Source of the DNA: an uncultured Monoglobus sp.
GTDB lineage: Bacteria > Bacillota > Clostridia > Monoglobales > Monoglobaceae
DNA length: 64,000 nt
NCBI GenBank assembly: GCA_947630505.1
Contig: CANRHV010000006.1
Span: 2,589-66,588, forward strand
Reading direction: 5' to 3'
Shown here: in pieces, positions 1-9,332 of the stretch
How positions within the stretch are numbered: position 1 is the first letter of the stretch
Layout: every line of letters starts with the position of its first letter
Program-made: the position numbers and the translations under genes
Notes under the pieces: model-generated
Databases searched by the model: none
What the model was told of the DNA's origin: nothing
Seen by the model: only the letters and a program-made list of their open reading frames with translations

Positions 1-1432
1 TGAATACAAGCGCCGTATTATCGGGCGTTTTCTTTACCTGCGCGCGGAAAAGGTCCACAAATCCGACACTTAGATCTACATCGGTTATCAGCGCGTCGTT
101 TAAAGCGCGTATTTTATTTTCGCTGCGCTCGTCCGCGAGGCGCAGCTGTGAAAGCTCGGTTTTTTTGAGCATTTCAGAAATTATAAGAATAACCGTATCC
201 GCAAACGAGCGTATTGTTTCATACTCGTACAAATCGGTGCGGTATTCAAAATCCATTTCAAACGTGCCGCCGTACTTGAATACCATAACAGATAAGGGCG
301 ATTGCGCGCTGTAAGTGGGGACCCGCTCCATTTCGACGGTGCTTTCGCCGAGCGTGAATGTGTTGAACGAATCCGACTGGTACGCGAAAAATATACCCGT
401 ATTTATTCCGTATTCGCCCGCGAGCTTGACAAACGGATAGTTGCCGATCTTTATCGCGCCGCGCTGCGCGGAGCGGACACCCGAAAGATAATCGCCTACC
501 TCAGCGGTCTCGTCGATCTTTATGTAAATCGGCAGAGTGCGGATCATCATGCCGACGGTATTTCTCATGCGCGGGTCGTGTCTGCCGTGGTTGACGGTGC
601 ATATCAGAGCGTCTTCACGGCCGGTAAACTTCGCCGCCGCGTATGCGACAGCACCAAGGAAAAGCGTGTTTTCGGTTATTCCGTTTTTCTTAATAAATGC
701 GTCCACCTTTTCGACCGATATATCATCAGGCAGTATCCGCCTGAATTCACGGCAGGGTTTATCCGCGGCAGATTCGTCCTCGTTCATGTCAGCGACGAGC
801 ATTGAATTTGTTTCAAGCCCCGCGAATATGTTTTCATAATATTTATGTGCTTCTTCATACGCCGGGGTATGCGCGAATTTTTCCTCATATACCGATAGCC
901 CGAACTGACCTATTTCCTCCGGCTCGATCTCTCCGCCCGAATAAAGCGTTGATATCTCGCCGCACATAACGGAAAACGATGTGCCGTCAACCGCGATATG
1001 GTGGTAGTCCGTCAGGAAGCACATTTTTGTTTCCGTTTCGATGATCTCAAAGCGGAATAAATAATCGCGCTCCAAATCAAACGGCTTCACAAAGTCGTTT
1101 TTCAGCTTTTCAAGTTCGCTGTCCGAAGCGCTTATCACCGGAATGTCAACTGTAACCTCGCGCGGCTTCATAAGCGGCTCACCGCTCGAGGCGTCAATAT
1201 AATAGTGCAGTCCCTCATGGTTTTTAACCGCCATTTCAACAGCGGATTTTAGCATGTCAATATCAACGGCTCCCTTATCAAATGTATAGCATAGGGGCGA
1301 GTTATACATCAGACCACTCGGGTTTTTAATACAAGCCAAATATACGCCCATTTGGCTCGGCGTGAGCGGGTATTCCTTCATATCCCGCGCTTCCGCAGCC
1401 GATTCGGCTATTAAATCTTTTTCGGTTTTCAT
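1..1432 (-). CDS. Non-ribosomal peptide synthetase, 5' part (N-terminal condensation domain and start of an adenylation domain); continues beyond the left edge
   Basis: Absent from the ORF track because there is no stop in the window. Hand translation from ATG 1432 (RBS GAAGGTG): MKTEKDLIAESAAEARDMKEYPLTPSQMGVY...KPFDL...DYHHIAVDG (983-1003)...HGR...VGMMIRTLP...FVDLFRAQVKKTPDNTALVF. These are C-domain motifs followed by an A1-like motif. Confidence 0.93.
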   Translation of the reverse strand, partial: MKTEKDLIAESAAEARDMKEYPLTPSQMGVYLACIKNPSGLMYNSPLCYTFDKGAVDIDMLKSAVEMAVKNHEGLHYYIDASSGEPLMKPREVTVDIPVISASDSELEKLKNDFVKPFDLERDYLFRFEIIETETKMCFLTDYHHIAVDGTSFSVMCGEISTLYSGGEIEPEEIGQFGLSVYEEKFAHTPAYEEAHKYYENIFAGLETNSMLVADMNEDESAADKPCREFRRILPDDISVEKVDAFIKKNGITENTLFLGAVAYAAAKFTGREDALICTVNHGRHDPRMRNTVGMMIRTLPIYIKIDETAEVGDYLSGVRSAQRGAIKIGNYPFVKLAGEYGINTGIFFAYQSDSFNTFTLGESTVEMERVPTYSAQSPLSVMVFKYGGTFEMDFEYRTDLYEYETIRSFADTVILIISEMLKKTELSQLRLADERSENKIRALNDALITDVDLSVGFVDLFRAQVKKTPDNTALVF

Positions 1433-1444
1433 TCTTTCACCTTC

Positions 1445-3121
1445 TTATATTATTTCTTTAATTTGATTCAAACCTAACACAACGGTGTGCTCAAAGTTTT
1501 TATATTTGCCGCAGAAATTGCTTTCGTTAATTTCGGCCCCGTTGTTGCATAGCATTATAACATACGCGCCGTCCTCACGCCCGATCCGTATATCGTTTTC
1601 TGCGCTTTTGTCATTGCCGCTCACAAATGCAAGCACCTCCGACACGGCTTCGGCGGCTTTGTTTCCGTCCGTGAGCTTATCCGCGACAGCCGACTTTATC
1701 TCCGATACATCAGCGTCGGATCTCACAGAGAACGAGAGCAGCTCGTCCGCCTTGTCAAGCAGGAACATATCCTTGTATCTGCCGTTTGATTTTGCTATTG
1801 TTATGATGATCATAATCGCTATAACAATCCACGTTCCGTACTGAGCCGCGCAGGATGTTATCCATAATCCCGTTATGCCGAAAAGGCGGCCGAGTATATA
1901 TGCAAACGGTATGGTAAGCACGATCCCGTTGACGATCGAAACCGTGAGCGACATAGCATTGCGCTGCGTCGCGGTAAAATAGTACATGAATAAAAACGAC
2001 ATCGCCGTTCCTATAAATGACAGCGCGCTTATGCGGAGCGCCGGGATGATCACCGCCATTTCCGCCGGAGTTTTGTCTCCGAAAAGCCGCGCGACCTGCG
2101 CGGGTGCGATCTCTATAATAAGCGTGACCGCTGCAGCCGCGATAAGAAGTACCAAAATCGCGCGCTTCATGGCGTATTTTATCCCGACAGTGTCGCGCTC
2201 TCCGAAAAGCGCGCTAACAATCGGTACCAACGTCTGCGACGCTCCGGCTACGAACGCGGAAACAAATATCTGGCAGTTTGCTATTACCGACATGGAAACC
2301 ATACCCTCCTGTCCTCCCGCGCTTTGTATCGCGGTATTCATATAAAGCGTCGTAACTGTTATAAGCATCGCGCCAAGCGCGCCCGATATTCCTGTGGTAA
2401 AAAGCGAAACACATTCGCTTCGCAGCTTTTTCGGCGATAACGCCGTGCACAAATCAAAATGAAGCGTATTTTTCTTGTTTTTAAAGTGCGTAAGCATAAT
2501 GCAGAACGCGATAACGTTTCCGATGACCGTGGCGATCGCGGAGCCTGCTATTCCCATTTTGAACGGCCCCATAAGCACAATATCCATAACGAGATTTATC
2601 GCATTTGAAATAATTATGAGATTTGACGCGAATTTCGGTCTGCCGTCGCTCCGTATACAGTGTACCGCGCTCGGCAGTATAAGCGAGAACGGCGTCCCTA
2701 TAATAAACGGTATGTAATATTTCAAAAGCTCGCTTCTGAGCGTCTCGATAGGTGTTAGCAGATCAACGATATTGTTTACAAACACAAGCTGCAATATCAT
2801 AAACGCCGCGCTTAAAATCACGAGCAGGATCGCTGCCGCCGTAAATGCGGCATCGGCGGCTTTCTTGTCGTTTTTGCCTTTCGCGAACGAAATAAGCGTT
2901 GACGCGCCGACACCGAACAGTATCGTCGTGGAAAAATACAGCTGATTAATCGGCGATAGAACGCTGATCGCCGCCATTGACGCGCTTCCGAGCATGTTTC
3001 CGACAATTATCGAGTCCACCATAACGGCGATATTGCTCGCGAGCGCAACAAGCACAGTCGGCCAAAAGTATTCGAGGTATTTTTTGTTTATAATATTTCC
3101 GTTTCTTTTTAACTCTATCAT
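1445..3121 (-). CDS. MATE family efflux transporter with a ~100-aa soluble C-terminal extension
   Basis: About 12 hydrophobic segments and MATE motifs (VDSIIVGNMLG, RSDGRPK, MGIAGSAIAT); stop lies 12 nt upstream of the NRPS ATG. Confidence 0.92.
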   Translation of the reverse strand: MIELKRNGNIINKKYLEYFWPTVLVALASNIAVMVDSIIVGNMLGSASMAAISVLSPINQLYFSTTILFGVGASTLISFAKGKNDKKAADAAFTAAAILLVILSAAFMILQLVFVNNIVDLLTPIETLRSELLKYYIPFIIGTPFSLILPSAVHCIRSDGRPKFASNLIIISNAINLVMDIVLMGPFKMGIAGSAIATVIGNVIAFCIMLTHFKNKKNTLHFDLCTALSPKKLRSECVSLFTTGISGALGAMLITVTTLYMNTAIQSAGGQEGMVSMSVIANCQIFVSAFVAGASQTLVPIVSALFGERDTVGIKYAMKRAILVLLIAAAAVTLIIEIAPAQVARLFGDKTPAEMAVIIPALRISALSFIGTAMSFLFMYYFTATQRNAMSLTVSIVNGIVLTIPFAYILGRLFGITGLWITSCAAQYGTWIVIAIMIIITIAKSNGRYKDMFLLDKADELLSFSVRSDADVSEIKSAVADKLTDGNKAAEAVSEVLAFVSGNDKSAENDIRIGREDGAYVIMLCNNGAEINESNFCGKYKNFEHTVVLGLNQIKEII

Positions 3122-3145
3122 CGTTACGCTCCTTTAAACACAATA

Positions 3146-3174
3146 ATTTTAGCATTTTTTTATCCTAAATTCAA
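3146..3174 (-). promoter_or_regulatory. SigA-type promoter of the MATE-NRPS operon
   Basis: Minus strand TTGAAT-17 bp-TAAAAT with TG extension. Confidence 0.6.
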
Positions 3175-3273
3175 TGCTTTGACATAAAAATCATCTGTGG
3201 CGGCGTGAATGGCATTCCGCGCCGTGTTAAATAATATTTTCCGATGAATATGTATTCGTTCTGTTATATTTAA

Positions 3274-3302
3274 TTGACTTATACAAGCATTTGTGATATA
3301 GT
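3274..3302 (+). promoter_or_regulatory. SigA-type promoter of the integrase
   Basis: TTGACT-17 bp-TATAGT with TG extension. Confidence 0.65.
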
Positions 3303-3381
3303 AATTGAAGTTTAGTATAGTTTAAACCGGCTGTTTTGGAGTTTTGCGGTGTTCCGAATTTTTTGCGGAAGGAGTATTTTT

Positions 3382-4443
3382 ATGGGCAAACTGAAAAAGC
3401 GTAAAGACGGACGCTATAGTCGTCAAATCCGCATAAACGGTAAGATAGTTTTGATTCCGGGCAGAAACGAGCGCGAGATAAACAGAAAAATATTTGAATA
3501 CTATCAGACCGCGGAAAAGGGAAAGCGGTTTGAGGATATCGCGAATGAGTGGGCGAGCGAGCACTTCGAAACGGTCGAGTACAACACCGTCAAGCAATAC
3601 AGACCCGCGCTTAAGCAAATCACAGAGCATTTTTCCGGAAAAAGTATAAAGGATATCACATCTAAAGATATTGATAATTTTTTACATATTCTGGTAAACA
3701 AAGGTTACGCGATGAAGACCGTTAAGTCGCGTCTGCAGGTCTTGAATCAAGTGTTTAAATACGCGGTAATAAACAATTATGCCGAGAGTAATCCGTGCCA
3801 GTATATATCTGTGCCCAAAAATCTGCCTCAAACAAAAAGAGAGCTGCCGACCGCGGATGAGATCGAAATTGTAAAAAACAGTGTAGACAAAACATTCGGA
3901 TTGTTTGCCTATTTTATTCTGTACACCGGTCTTAGGCGGGGAGAGGCTCTGGCTTTGACCTACAACGACATTGATTTTGAAAACAAAATTATACATGTGA
4001 ACAAATCCGTGTATTACGTCGGCAACATCCCTAACATCAAACAGCCGAAAACAAAGGCGGGATATAGGGATGTTATACTGCTTGACTGCCTCGCGTCAAA
4101 GCTCAAACAAAATAATTCATCTGATTTGGTTTTTCCGAATCACAGCGGAGAATTGATTAGGAACGGAAACTTTAATCGTCTGTGGACAAAATATTTAAGC
4201 GAAACGAGCCTATCGATCACCCCGCATCAACTCAGACACGCGTACGCCACGATATTATTTGAAGCCGGCATTGACGTGAAAGATGCCCAAGAGCTTCTGG
4301 GACATTCAACATTTCAAGTAACTCGAGACATCTATACACACATAAGCAAAGCGAGAAAAACGCAAACCGCTGACAAACTGAATAAATTTGTTTCATTAAA
4401 TCAAGAAAAAGTAAATAATCGGGAGGGACCAGTTCGTGAATAA
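3382..4443 (+). CDS. Tyrosine recombinase / phage-type integrase
   Basis: Start moved to ATG 3382 (RBS GGAG). Catalytic set intact: YTGLRRGE (R), HQLRH (HxxR), LLGHS (H), IYTH (Y). Basic arm-binding-like N-terminus (KKRKDGRY). Confidence 0.93.
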   Translation: MGKLKKRKDGRYSRQIRINGKIVLIPGRNEREINRKIFEYYQTAEKGKRFEDIANEWASEHFETVEYNTVKQYRPALKQITEHFSGKSIKDITSKDIDNFLHILVNKGYAMKTVKSRLQVLNQVFKYAVINNYAESNPCQYISVPKNLPQTKRELPTADEIEIVKNSVDKTFGLFAYFILYTGLRRGEALALTYNDIDFENKIIHVNKSVYYVGNIPNIKQPKTKAGYRDVILLDCLASKLKQNNSSDLVFPNHSGELIRNGNFNRLWTKYLSETSLSITPHQLRHAYATILFEAGIDVKDAQELLGHSTFQVTRDIYTHISKARKTQTADKLNKFVSLNQEKVNNREGPVRE

Positions 4444-5944
4444 AATTTTAAGAAGAGTTTTGATTATTGCGCCGGCGGTTTTATTGGAGCTTTTTTGGCT
4501 GTTTGTTTTATTTGAGCTGCTCGCTCCCTGGACGGTGGCGATCGACACGGTTTTGACCGTATTGGCGTTTTTGCTCGTACTGTATTTGGTTATAAAACAG
4601 GACGAGAGCACATATAAAATTATCTGGCTGCTGGTTATACTGACATTTCCGCTCGGCGGCGCGCTTTTGTATTTGGTTTTCGGCAATAAACGAACCACAA
4701 GGCCTCTCAAAAGAAAAATGGACAAGACGCCGCCGCTACCGAAGGACGAGGCCGACACGGCCCGGGTATACGACGCGCTGAGCGCCGACAACAAGCGCCT
4801 TGCTCAGACATTTCGTTATCTGGAAAACAAGACCGGATTCGTTCCGCACTTAAACTGTGGAGCGAAGTATTATTCACTTGGAGACAAAATGTTTCCTGAT
4901 ATGCTTGAGGAAATTAAAAAAGCCGAGCGATTTGTTTTCGTTGAATATTTTATTATCGAGGACGGATTGATGTGGGATTCGATGGTCGAAGTCCTTGCGG
5001 AAAAGGCCGCCCGGGGAGTTGACGTGCGCGTTATGTATGATGACCTCGGAAGCATTTCAACATATACCAAAAAAGACGCGGAAAAACTTGTGAAAAAAGG
5101 TATACGATGCGTGTCGTTCAACCCGCTTGTGTTTATCAAAGGAACGCTGAACTGCCGCGACCATCGCAAAATGCTGATTATTGACGGCAAAACGGCTTTC
5201 AGCGGTGGCATAAATCTTGCCGACGAATATATAAATCATATCGAAAAATACGGTCATTGGAAGGATATCGGCTTTAAGCTGACAGGGGCCGCCGTTATGA
5301 ACTATGTGAGAATGTTCGCGCAGTTTTGGAACGCGTTCGCGGGCGACCGTGTTCCGGACGAGTATCTGGCGCCGTCGGGCCTTGATAACAGCGAGGAAGA
5401 CGGATTTGTTTTGAGCTATTACGACTCGCCTTTAAGCCGCGAGGCCGACTCAAATGAACTTTACATAGATCTGCTGTCTCAGGCGGAGGAAACCGCGTGG
5501 TTCTATACACCGTATTTGCTGCCGGGAAACGCTCTGCTGGACGCTTTCACGCGCGCTGCCCGCAGAGGCGTTGACGTGAGAATAATCATGCCCGGCATAC
5601 CCGATAAAAAGCTGATCTATCGCATGTCGCGAAGTTTTTATCCTGTGCTTTTGAGAGCGGGCGTTAAGATTTTTGAATACAAACCCGGATTCGTTCACGC
5701 CAAAGCCTGCCTTATCGACGGCGTTGTCGGCGCGGTCGGAACGGTGAATCTTGACTATCGCAGCCTGTTTTTGCATTTTGAAAACAACTCCATCTTCTAT
5801 CGCGCGTCGCTGCTAAATGATTTGAAAGCCGACTTTTTGGCGACGCAGGAAAAATGCGTGGAGAGAACGCCCGATATTCTGAAGCCCAACTTTTTTCATT
5901 GGCTTGTTAACGGAATTCTCAGGATCTTCGCGCCGCTTTGCTGA
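4436..5944 (+). CDS. cls: Cardiolipin synthase
   Basis: N-terminal TM segments and two HKD motifs (HRKMLIID, HAKACLID); GTG start overlaps the integrase stop. Confidence 0.92.
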   Translation: MNKILRRVLIIAPAVLLELFWLFVLFELLAPWTVAIDTVLTVLAFLLVLYLVIKQDESTYKIIWLLVILTFPLGGALLYLVFGNKRTTRPLKRKMDKTPPLPKDEADTARVYDALSADNKRLAQTFRYLENKTGFVPHLNCGAKYYSLGDKMFPDMLEEIKKAERFVFVEYFIIEDGLMWDSMVEVLAEKAARGVDVRVMYDDLGSISTYTKKDAEKLVKKGIRCVSFNPLVFIKGTLNCRDHRKMLIIDGKTAFSGGINLADEYINHIEKYGHWKDIGFKLTGAAVMNYVRMFAQFWNAFAGDRVPDEYLAPSGLDNSEEDGFVLSYYDSPLSREADSNELYIDLLSQAEETAWFYTPYLLPGNALLDAFTRAARRGVDVRIIMPGIPDKKLIYRMSRSFYPVLLRAGVKIFEYKPGFVHAKACLIDGVVGAVGTVNLDYRSLFLHFENNSIFYRASLLNDLKADFLATQEKCVERTPDILKPNFFHWLVNGILRIFAPLC

Positions 5945-6004
5945 GACAAGGTTTGCGTCGTTATATATTTGACGTGAAATAGCCGTTTTTTGATATTTTT
6001 TGTG

Positions 6005-6733
6005 TTACCGTTTATCAAGTTCCGCCAGAACCTTTATTACCTCGCCGGCTATTATCAGCCCGGCGACGGACGGAACGAATGACACGCTGCCGGGAACGGC
6101 TTTGCGAAAAGCCGTGCTTTCGCCGCCTTCGGCTAAAGTGATCGGCTTTATCGGTTTTTCCTTTGAGTAAACGACCTTAAGTTTTTTTATGCCTCTGCGC
6201 CGCAGTTCATATCGCATTACTTTGGCAAGAGGGCAGACCGAGGTCTCGTAAATGTCCGCGACTTCAAACGCTGTCGGGTCAAGCTTGTTGCCCGCGCCCA
6301 TTGAGCTGATGATCGGCGTGTTTGCTTTGTCGGCGTTAACGACAAGGGCGATCTTTGCGGTCACCGTGTCGACCGCGTCGATTATATAATCATAGTTTTT
6401 AAAGTCAAACTCCTCTTCCGTCTCGGGCAGATAAAATGTTCTGAACGCGCGGACTTTGATATTCGGGTTTATGTCCGCCACTCTTTCTGCCATCACATCG
6501 ACTTTGTATTTGCCGATCGTTTTGCGGGTCGCGATTATCTGGCGGTTTATATTTGAGATGCTGACCTTGTCGCTGTCGATCAAGTCGATGGCGCCAACGC
6601 CCGCGCGGGCGAGCGCCTCGACAGCGTATCCTCCCACTCCGCCGACGCCGAACACCGCCGCTCGCGAAGCGGCCAGCTTTTTTACTCCGTCTTTTCCGAG
6701 CAAAAGCTCGGTTCTTTCAAATTGATTCTCCAT
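6005..6733 (-). CDS. tcdA: tRNA threonylcarbamoyladenosine dehydratase (ThiF/E1-like)
   Basis: GVGGVGG nucleotide-binding motif, SNINRQ, DAVD, SSMGAGNKLDP, VYSKE. Confidence 0.85.
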   Translation of the reverse strand: MENQFERTELLLGKDGVKKLAASRAAVFGVGGVGGYAVEALARAGVGAIDLIDSDKVSISNINRQIIATRKTIGKYKVDVMAERVADINPNIKVRAFRTFYLPETEEEFDFKNYDYIIDAVDTVTAKIALVVNADKANTPIISSMGAGNKLDPTAFEVADIYETSVCPLAKVMRYELRRRGIKKLKVVYSKEKPIKPITLAEGGESTAFRKAVPGSVSFVPSVAGLIIAGEVIKVLAELDKR

Positions 6734-6828
6734 ATCAATGCTCCCGTGTAGGTTTTAAAACATTATATCATAGAATAATATTTTTAACAATAGATTTAAT
6801 ATATATTTAAATCTCAAATCCGTAAATA

Positions 6829-6857
6829 TTGACAAAATCGCTCGTATATGTTATTAT
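6829..6857 (+). promoter_or_regulatory. SigA-type promoter of cysE
   Basis: TTGACA-17 bp-TATTAT with TG extension. Confidence 0.7.
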
Positions 6858-6894
6858 CCAATCATACAAACCATGTTTCGGAAAGGTGATTTTA

Positions 6895-7797
6895 GTGAAA
6901 TTTGATACCGAAGATCTTGTGAATAAGATAATAAAAAGCTATGAGACCCATAAGGATATAAGCCGCATTGATGAAGAAAATATGATCAACAAAAAGATCA
7001 TAATAGAAATCATCGACAGGCTCAGAAAAATATTGTTTCCGGGATATTTTGATAACAGCAAAATACGCTCGGAGTACATACGCTATATAGTTGGTGAGCA
7101 TCTGGAGTTTATACAGTATAATCTCAAAAAACAGATCGCCCGCGCGCTCGGCAGCGGCGATATGTGCAGCGACTGCCCGAAATCGACCCTTGAGAACAAG
7201 GCCGAGGAAATAACCGACAGGTTCCTTGAGAAAATACCGATGATCCGCGAGTACCTTTACACGGATGTTCAGGCCGCTTTTGACGGGGATCCCGCCGCCA
7301 GCAGCGCCGATGAGGTAATTTTCTCATACCCCGGGCTGTATGCCATAACAGTCTATCGAATCGCCCACGAGCTGCAGTTGCTTAATGTCCCGATGATACC
7401 CAGGATCATGACCGAGCACGCACACAGCCAAACGGGGATCGACATTCATCCCGGAGCCATTATCGGCAAGCACTTCTGCATAGACCACGGAACGGGCATT
7501 GTCGTCGGTGAAACTACAACAATTGGCGACAACGTTAAAATCTATCAGGGCGTGACGCTGGGCGCGCTGTCCACCAGAAAGGGTCAGGAGCTGCGCGGCG
7601 TCAAGCGCCACCCGACAATAGGCAACAACGTCACGATCTATTCCGAGACCAGCATATTGGGCGGCGAGACCGTCATAGGCGACGGAGCGACAATCGGCGG
7701 AAACGCATTTATCGTCAGCTCTATCGAAGCCGGAACGAAGGTAAGCGTCAAAAAGCCCGAGCTACAGTATTTCGGTTCGGGGCAGGATGATTTTTAA
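6895..7797 (+). CDS. cysE: Serine O-acetyltransferase
   Basis: GTG 6895 after AAAGGTG; DPAA, YPG, GIDIHPGA, IDHGTG, KRHPTIG and hexapeptide repeats. Confidence 0.9.
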   Translation: MKFDTEDLVNKIIKSYETHKDISRIDEENMINKKIIIEIIDRLRKILFPGYFDNSKIRSEYIRYIVGEHLEFIQYNLKKQIARALGSGDMCSDCPKSTLENKAEEITDRFLEKIPMIREYLYTDVQAAFDGDPAASSADEVIFSYPGLYAITVYRIAHELQLLNVPMIPRIMTEHAHSQTGIDIHPGAIIGKHFCIDHGTGIVVGETTTIGDNVKIYQGVTLGALSTRKGQELRGVKRHPTIGNNVTIYSETSILGGETVIGDGATIGGNAFIVSSIEAGTKVSVKKPELQYFGSGQDDF

Positions 7798-7811
7798 CAC
7801 AAATATATAAA

Positions 7812-7841
7812 AATGATCCGATATTATGTCGGATTATTTTT
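7812..7841 (+). terminator. Intrinsic terminator after cysE
   Basis: AATGATCCGA-tattatg-TCGGATTATT followed by a T run. Confidence 0.6.
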
Positions 7842-7912
7842 ATGGCATAAAGCCGCGCGGCAGCATATAATATCAGATAATAATATTGCATAAATATGAT
7901 TGGAGGTATTAT

Positions 7913-9193
7913 ATGTTGATACATATTGTAAAAAGCGGAGAGACATACTCGCAGATAGCCGCGCAATATAATGTGCCGCTGCTGAATCTTCTCGCGGACA
8001 ACGGTCTGACTTTTGATTCAAGGGCGGTTGTGGGACAGGCGCTTGTAATATCAGAGACGGACTTAACACACGTTGTGGAGGCCGGTGAGACGCTTTCGTC
8101 AATAGCCGCGCGGTACGGCGTAAGCCTTAAAACCCTTTACAGGAATAATTATTTTCTTGGCGGCGCTCCTGACATTTCACCGGGACAGACGCTGAATATA
8201 AATTTAAGCGGCAACAAAATTCGCTCTGTTCAGACAAACGGGTACGCCTACCCGTTTATATCGCTTGAGCTGCTGCGTGAACAGCTGCCGTTTATGACAT
8301 ACCAAACGCCGTTTACCTACGGAATAAGCGCAAACGGTGATCTTGTTGATCTTGATGGCGACACGCCTATGATTGATCTGGCGGATGAACTTTCGGTCAA
8401 ATCGCTTATGCACCTGTCAACGCTCACAGAATACGGAACATTCAGCAGCGACCGCGCCACGCTGATATTTGACAGCGAGGCGCTGCGCACCGCATTGACA
8501 GATCAAATCATAGAGAATATTCAAAACAAAGGCTACGGCGGCCTTGACGTGGATTTTGAGTTTATAGACCCCGCGCAAAAAAATGAATACGTTGAATTTC
8601 TGGAGTATATGCGCGGACAAATCAATACTCTCGGATATCCGCTGTTCTCCGCTTTGGCTCCGAAAACAAGCGATGATCAGCGGGGCACCCTCTATGAGGG
8701 GCACGATTACGCCGCGATCGGAGCGGCTGTGGACAAGGTGCTGCTTATGACATACGAGTGGGGCTATACCTACAGCGAGCCCATGGCGGTAGCGCCGATC
8801 GGCTCTGTCGAGAGAGTTATACAATACGCTGTTACAAGAATTCCGCCAAGTAAAATTTTTATGGGTATACCGACCTACGGCTACGATTGGCCCCTCCCTT
8901 ACGTGAAGGGTATGACAAAAGCTGTGTCGCTGTCTCCGGTTCGCGCTGTGCAGATCGCCGAGCGCTACGGCGCTGTTATAAATTACGATGAGACCGCTCA
9001 AACGCCGTGGTTTGAATACCAAGACGAAGATGGGGTGCGGCATGAGGTTTGGTTCGAGGACGCCAGAAGCATAACGGCAAAATATGATCTGGCCGACCGA
9101 TATAATTTGTTCGGGTTCGGCTACTGGAGCCTTGACCGCAAATTTCCGCAGAATCTTGTTATTCTCAACTCAAAATATGAAATAGCGCAGTAA
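7913..9193 (+). CDS. LysM-LysM-GH18 protein (YaaH/SleL-like spore cortex hydrolase)
   Basis: ATG 7913 (GGAGG); two LysM repeats (HIVKSGET, HVVEAGETL), GH18 DxDxE motif (GLDVDFE), LMTYEWG, VWFED. Confidence 0.88.
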   Translation: MLIHIVKSGETYSQIAAQYNVPLLNLLADNGLTFDSRAVVGQALVISETDLTHVVEAGETLSSIAARYGVSLKTLYRNNYFLGGAPDISPGQTLNINLSGNKIRSVQTNGYAYPFISLELLREQLPFMTYQTPFTYGISANGDLVDLDGDTPMIDLADELSVKSLMHLSTLTEYGTFSSDRATLIFDSEALRTALTDQIIENIQNKGYGGLDVDFEFIDPAQKNEYVEFLEYMRGQINTLGYPLFSALAPKTSDDQRGTLYEGHDYAAIGAAVDKVLLMTYEWGYTYSEPMAVAPIGSVERVIQYAVTRIPPSKIFMGIPTYGYDWPLPYVKGMTKAVSLSPVRAVQIAERYGAVINYDETAQTPWFEYQDEDGVRHEVWFEDARSITAKYDLADRYNLFGFGYWSLDRKFPQNLVILNSKYEIAQ

Positions 9194-9226
9194 AGTCATA
9201 TATTGAACATAATTTGTAATAATAAT

Positions 9227-9259
9227 GTAAGATTTAAGTAAAGTTTAAGTAAGATTTAA
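9227..9259 (+). repeat. Three tandem 11-bp direct repeats upstream of the topoisomerase promoter
   Basis: GTAAGATTTAA-GTAAAGTTTAA-GTAAGATTTAA. Confidence 0.85.
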
Positions 9260-9264
9260 AATTC

Positions 9265-9293
9265 TTTACATGTAATTATATTTATGTTATAAT
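9265..9293 (+). promoter_or_regulatory. SigA-type promoter of the parE/parC-like operon
   Basis: TTTACA-17 bp-TATAAT with TG extension. Confidence 0.7.
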
Positions 9294-9332
9294 TATTTGA
9301 ATTGTTTAACAAAGCAACATAAGGAGAAATAT

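Noticed and set aside
302-839. Plus-strand ORFs 302..805 and 537..839
   Set aside because: Antisense shadows of the NRPS, which has clear motifs on the minus strand.
3382-4443. Integrase as XerC/XerD or an integron integrase
   Set aside because: It has a phage-type basic N-terminal arm, and no integron-specific insertion or attC cassette array was seen.
7845-7900. Sporulation sigma (E/G/K) promoter upstream of the LysM-GH18 gene (GCATAAA...CATATAAT)
   Set aside because: Plausible biologically, but the 12-bp spacing does not fit the consensus well enough to call.
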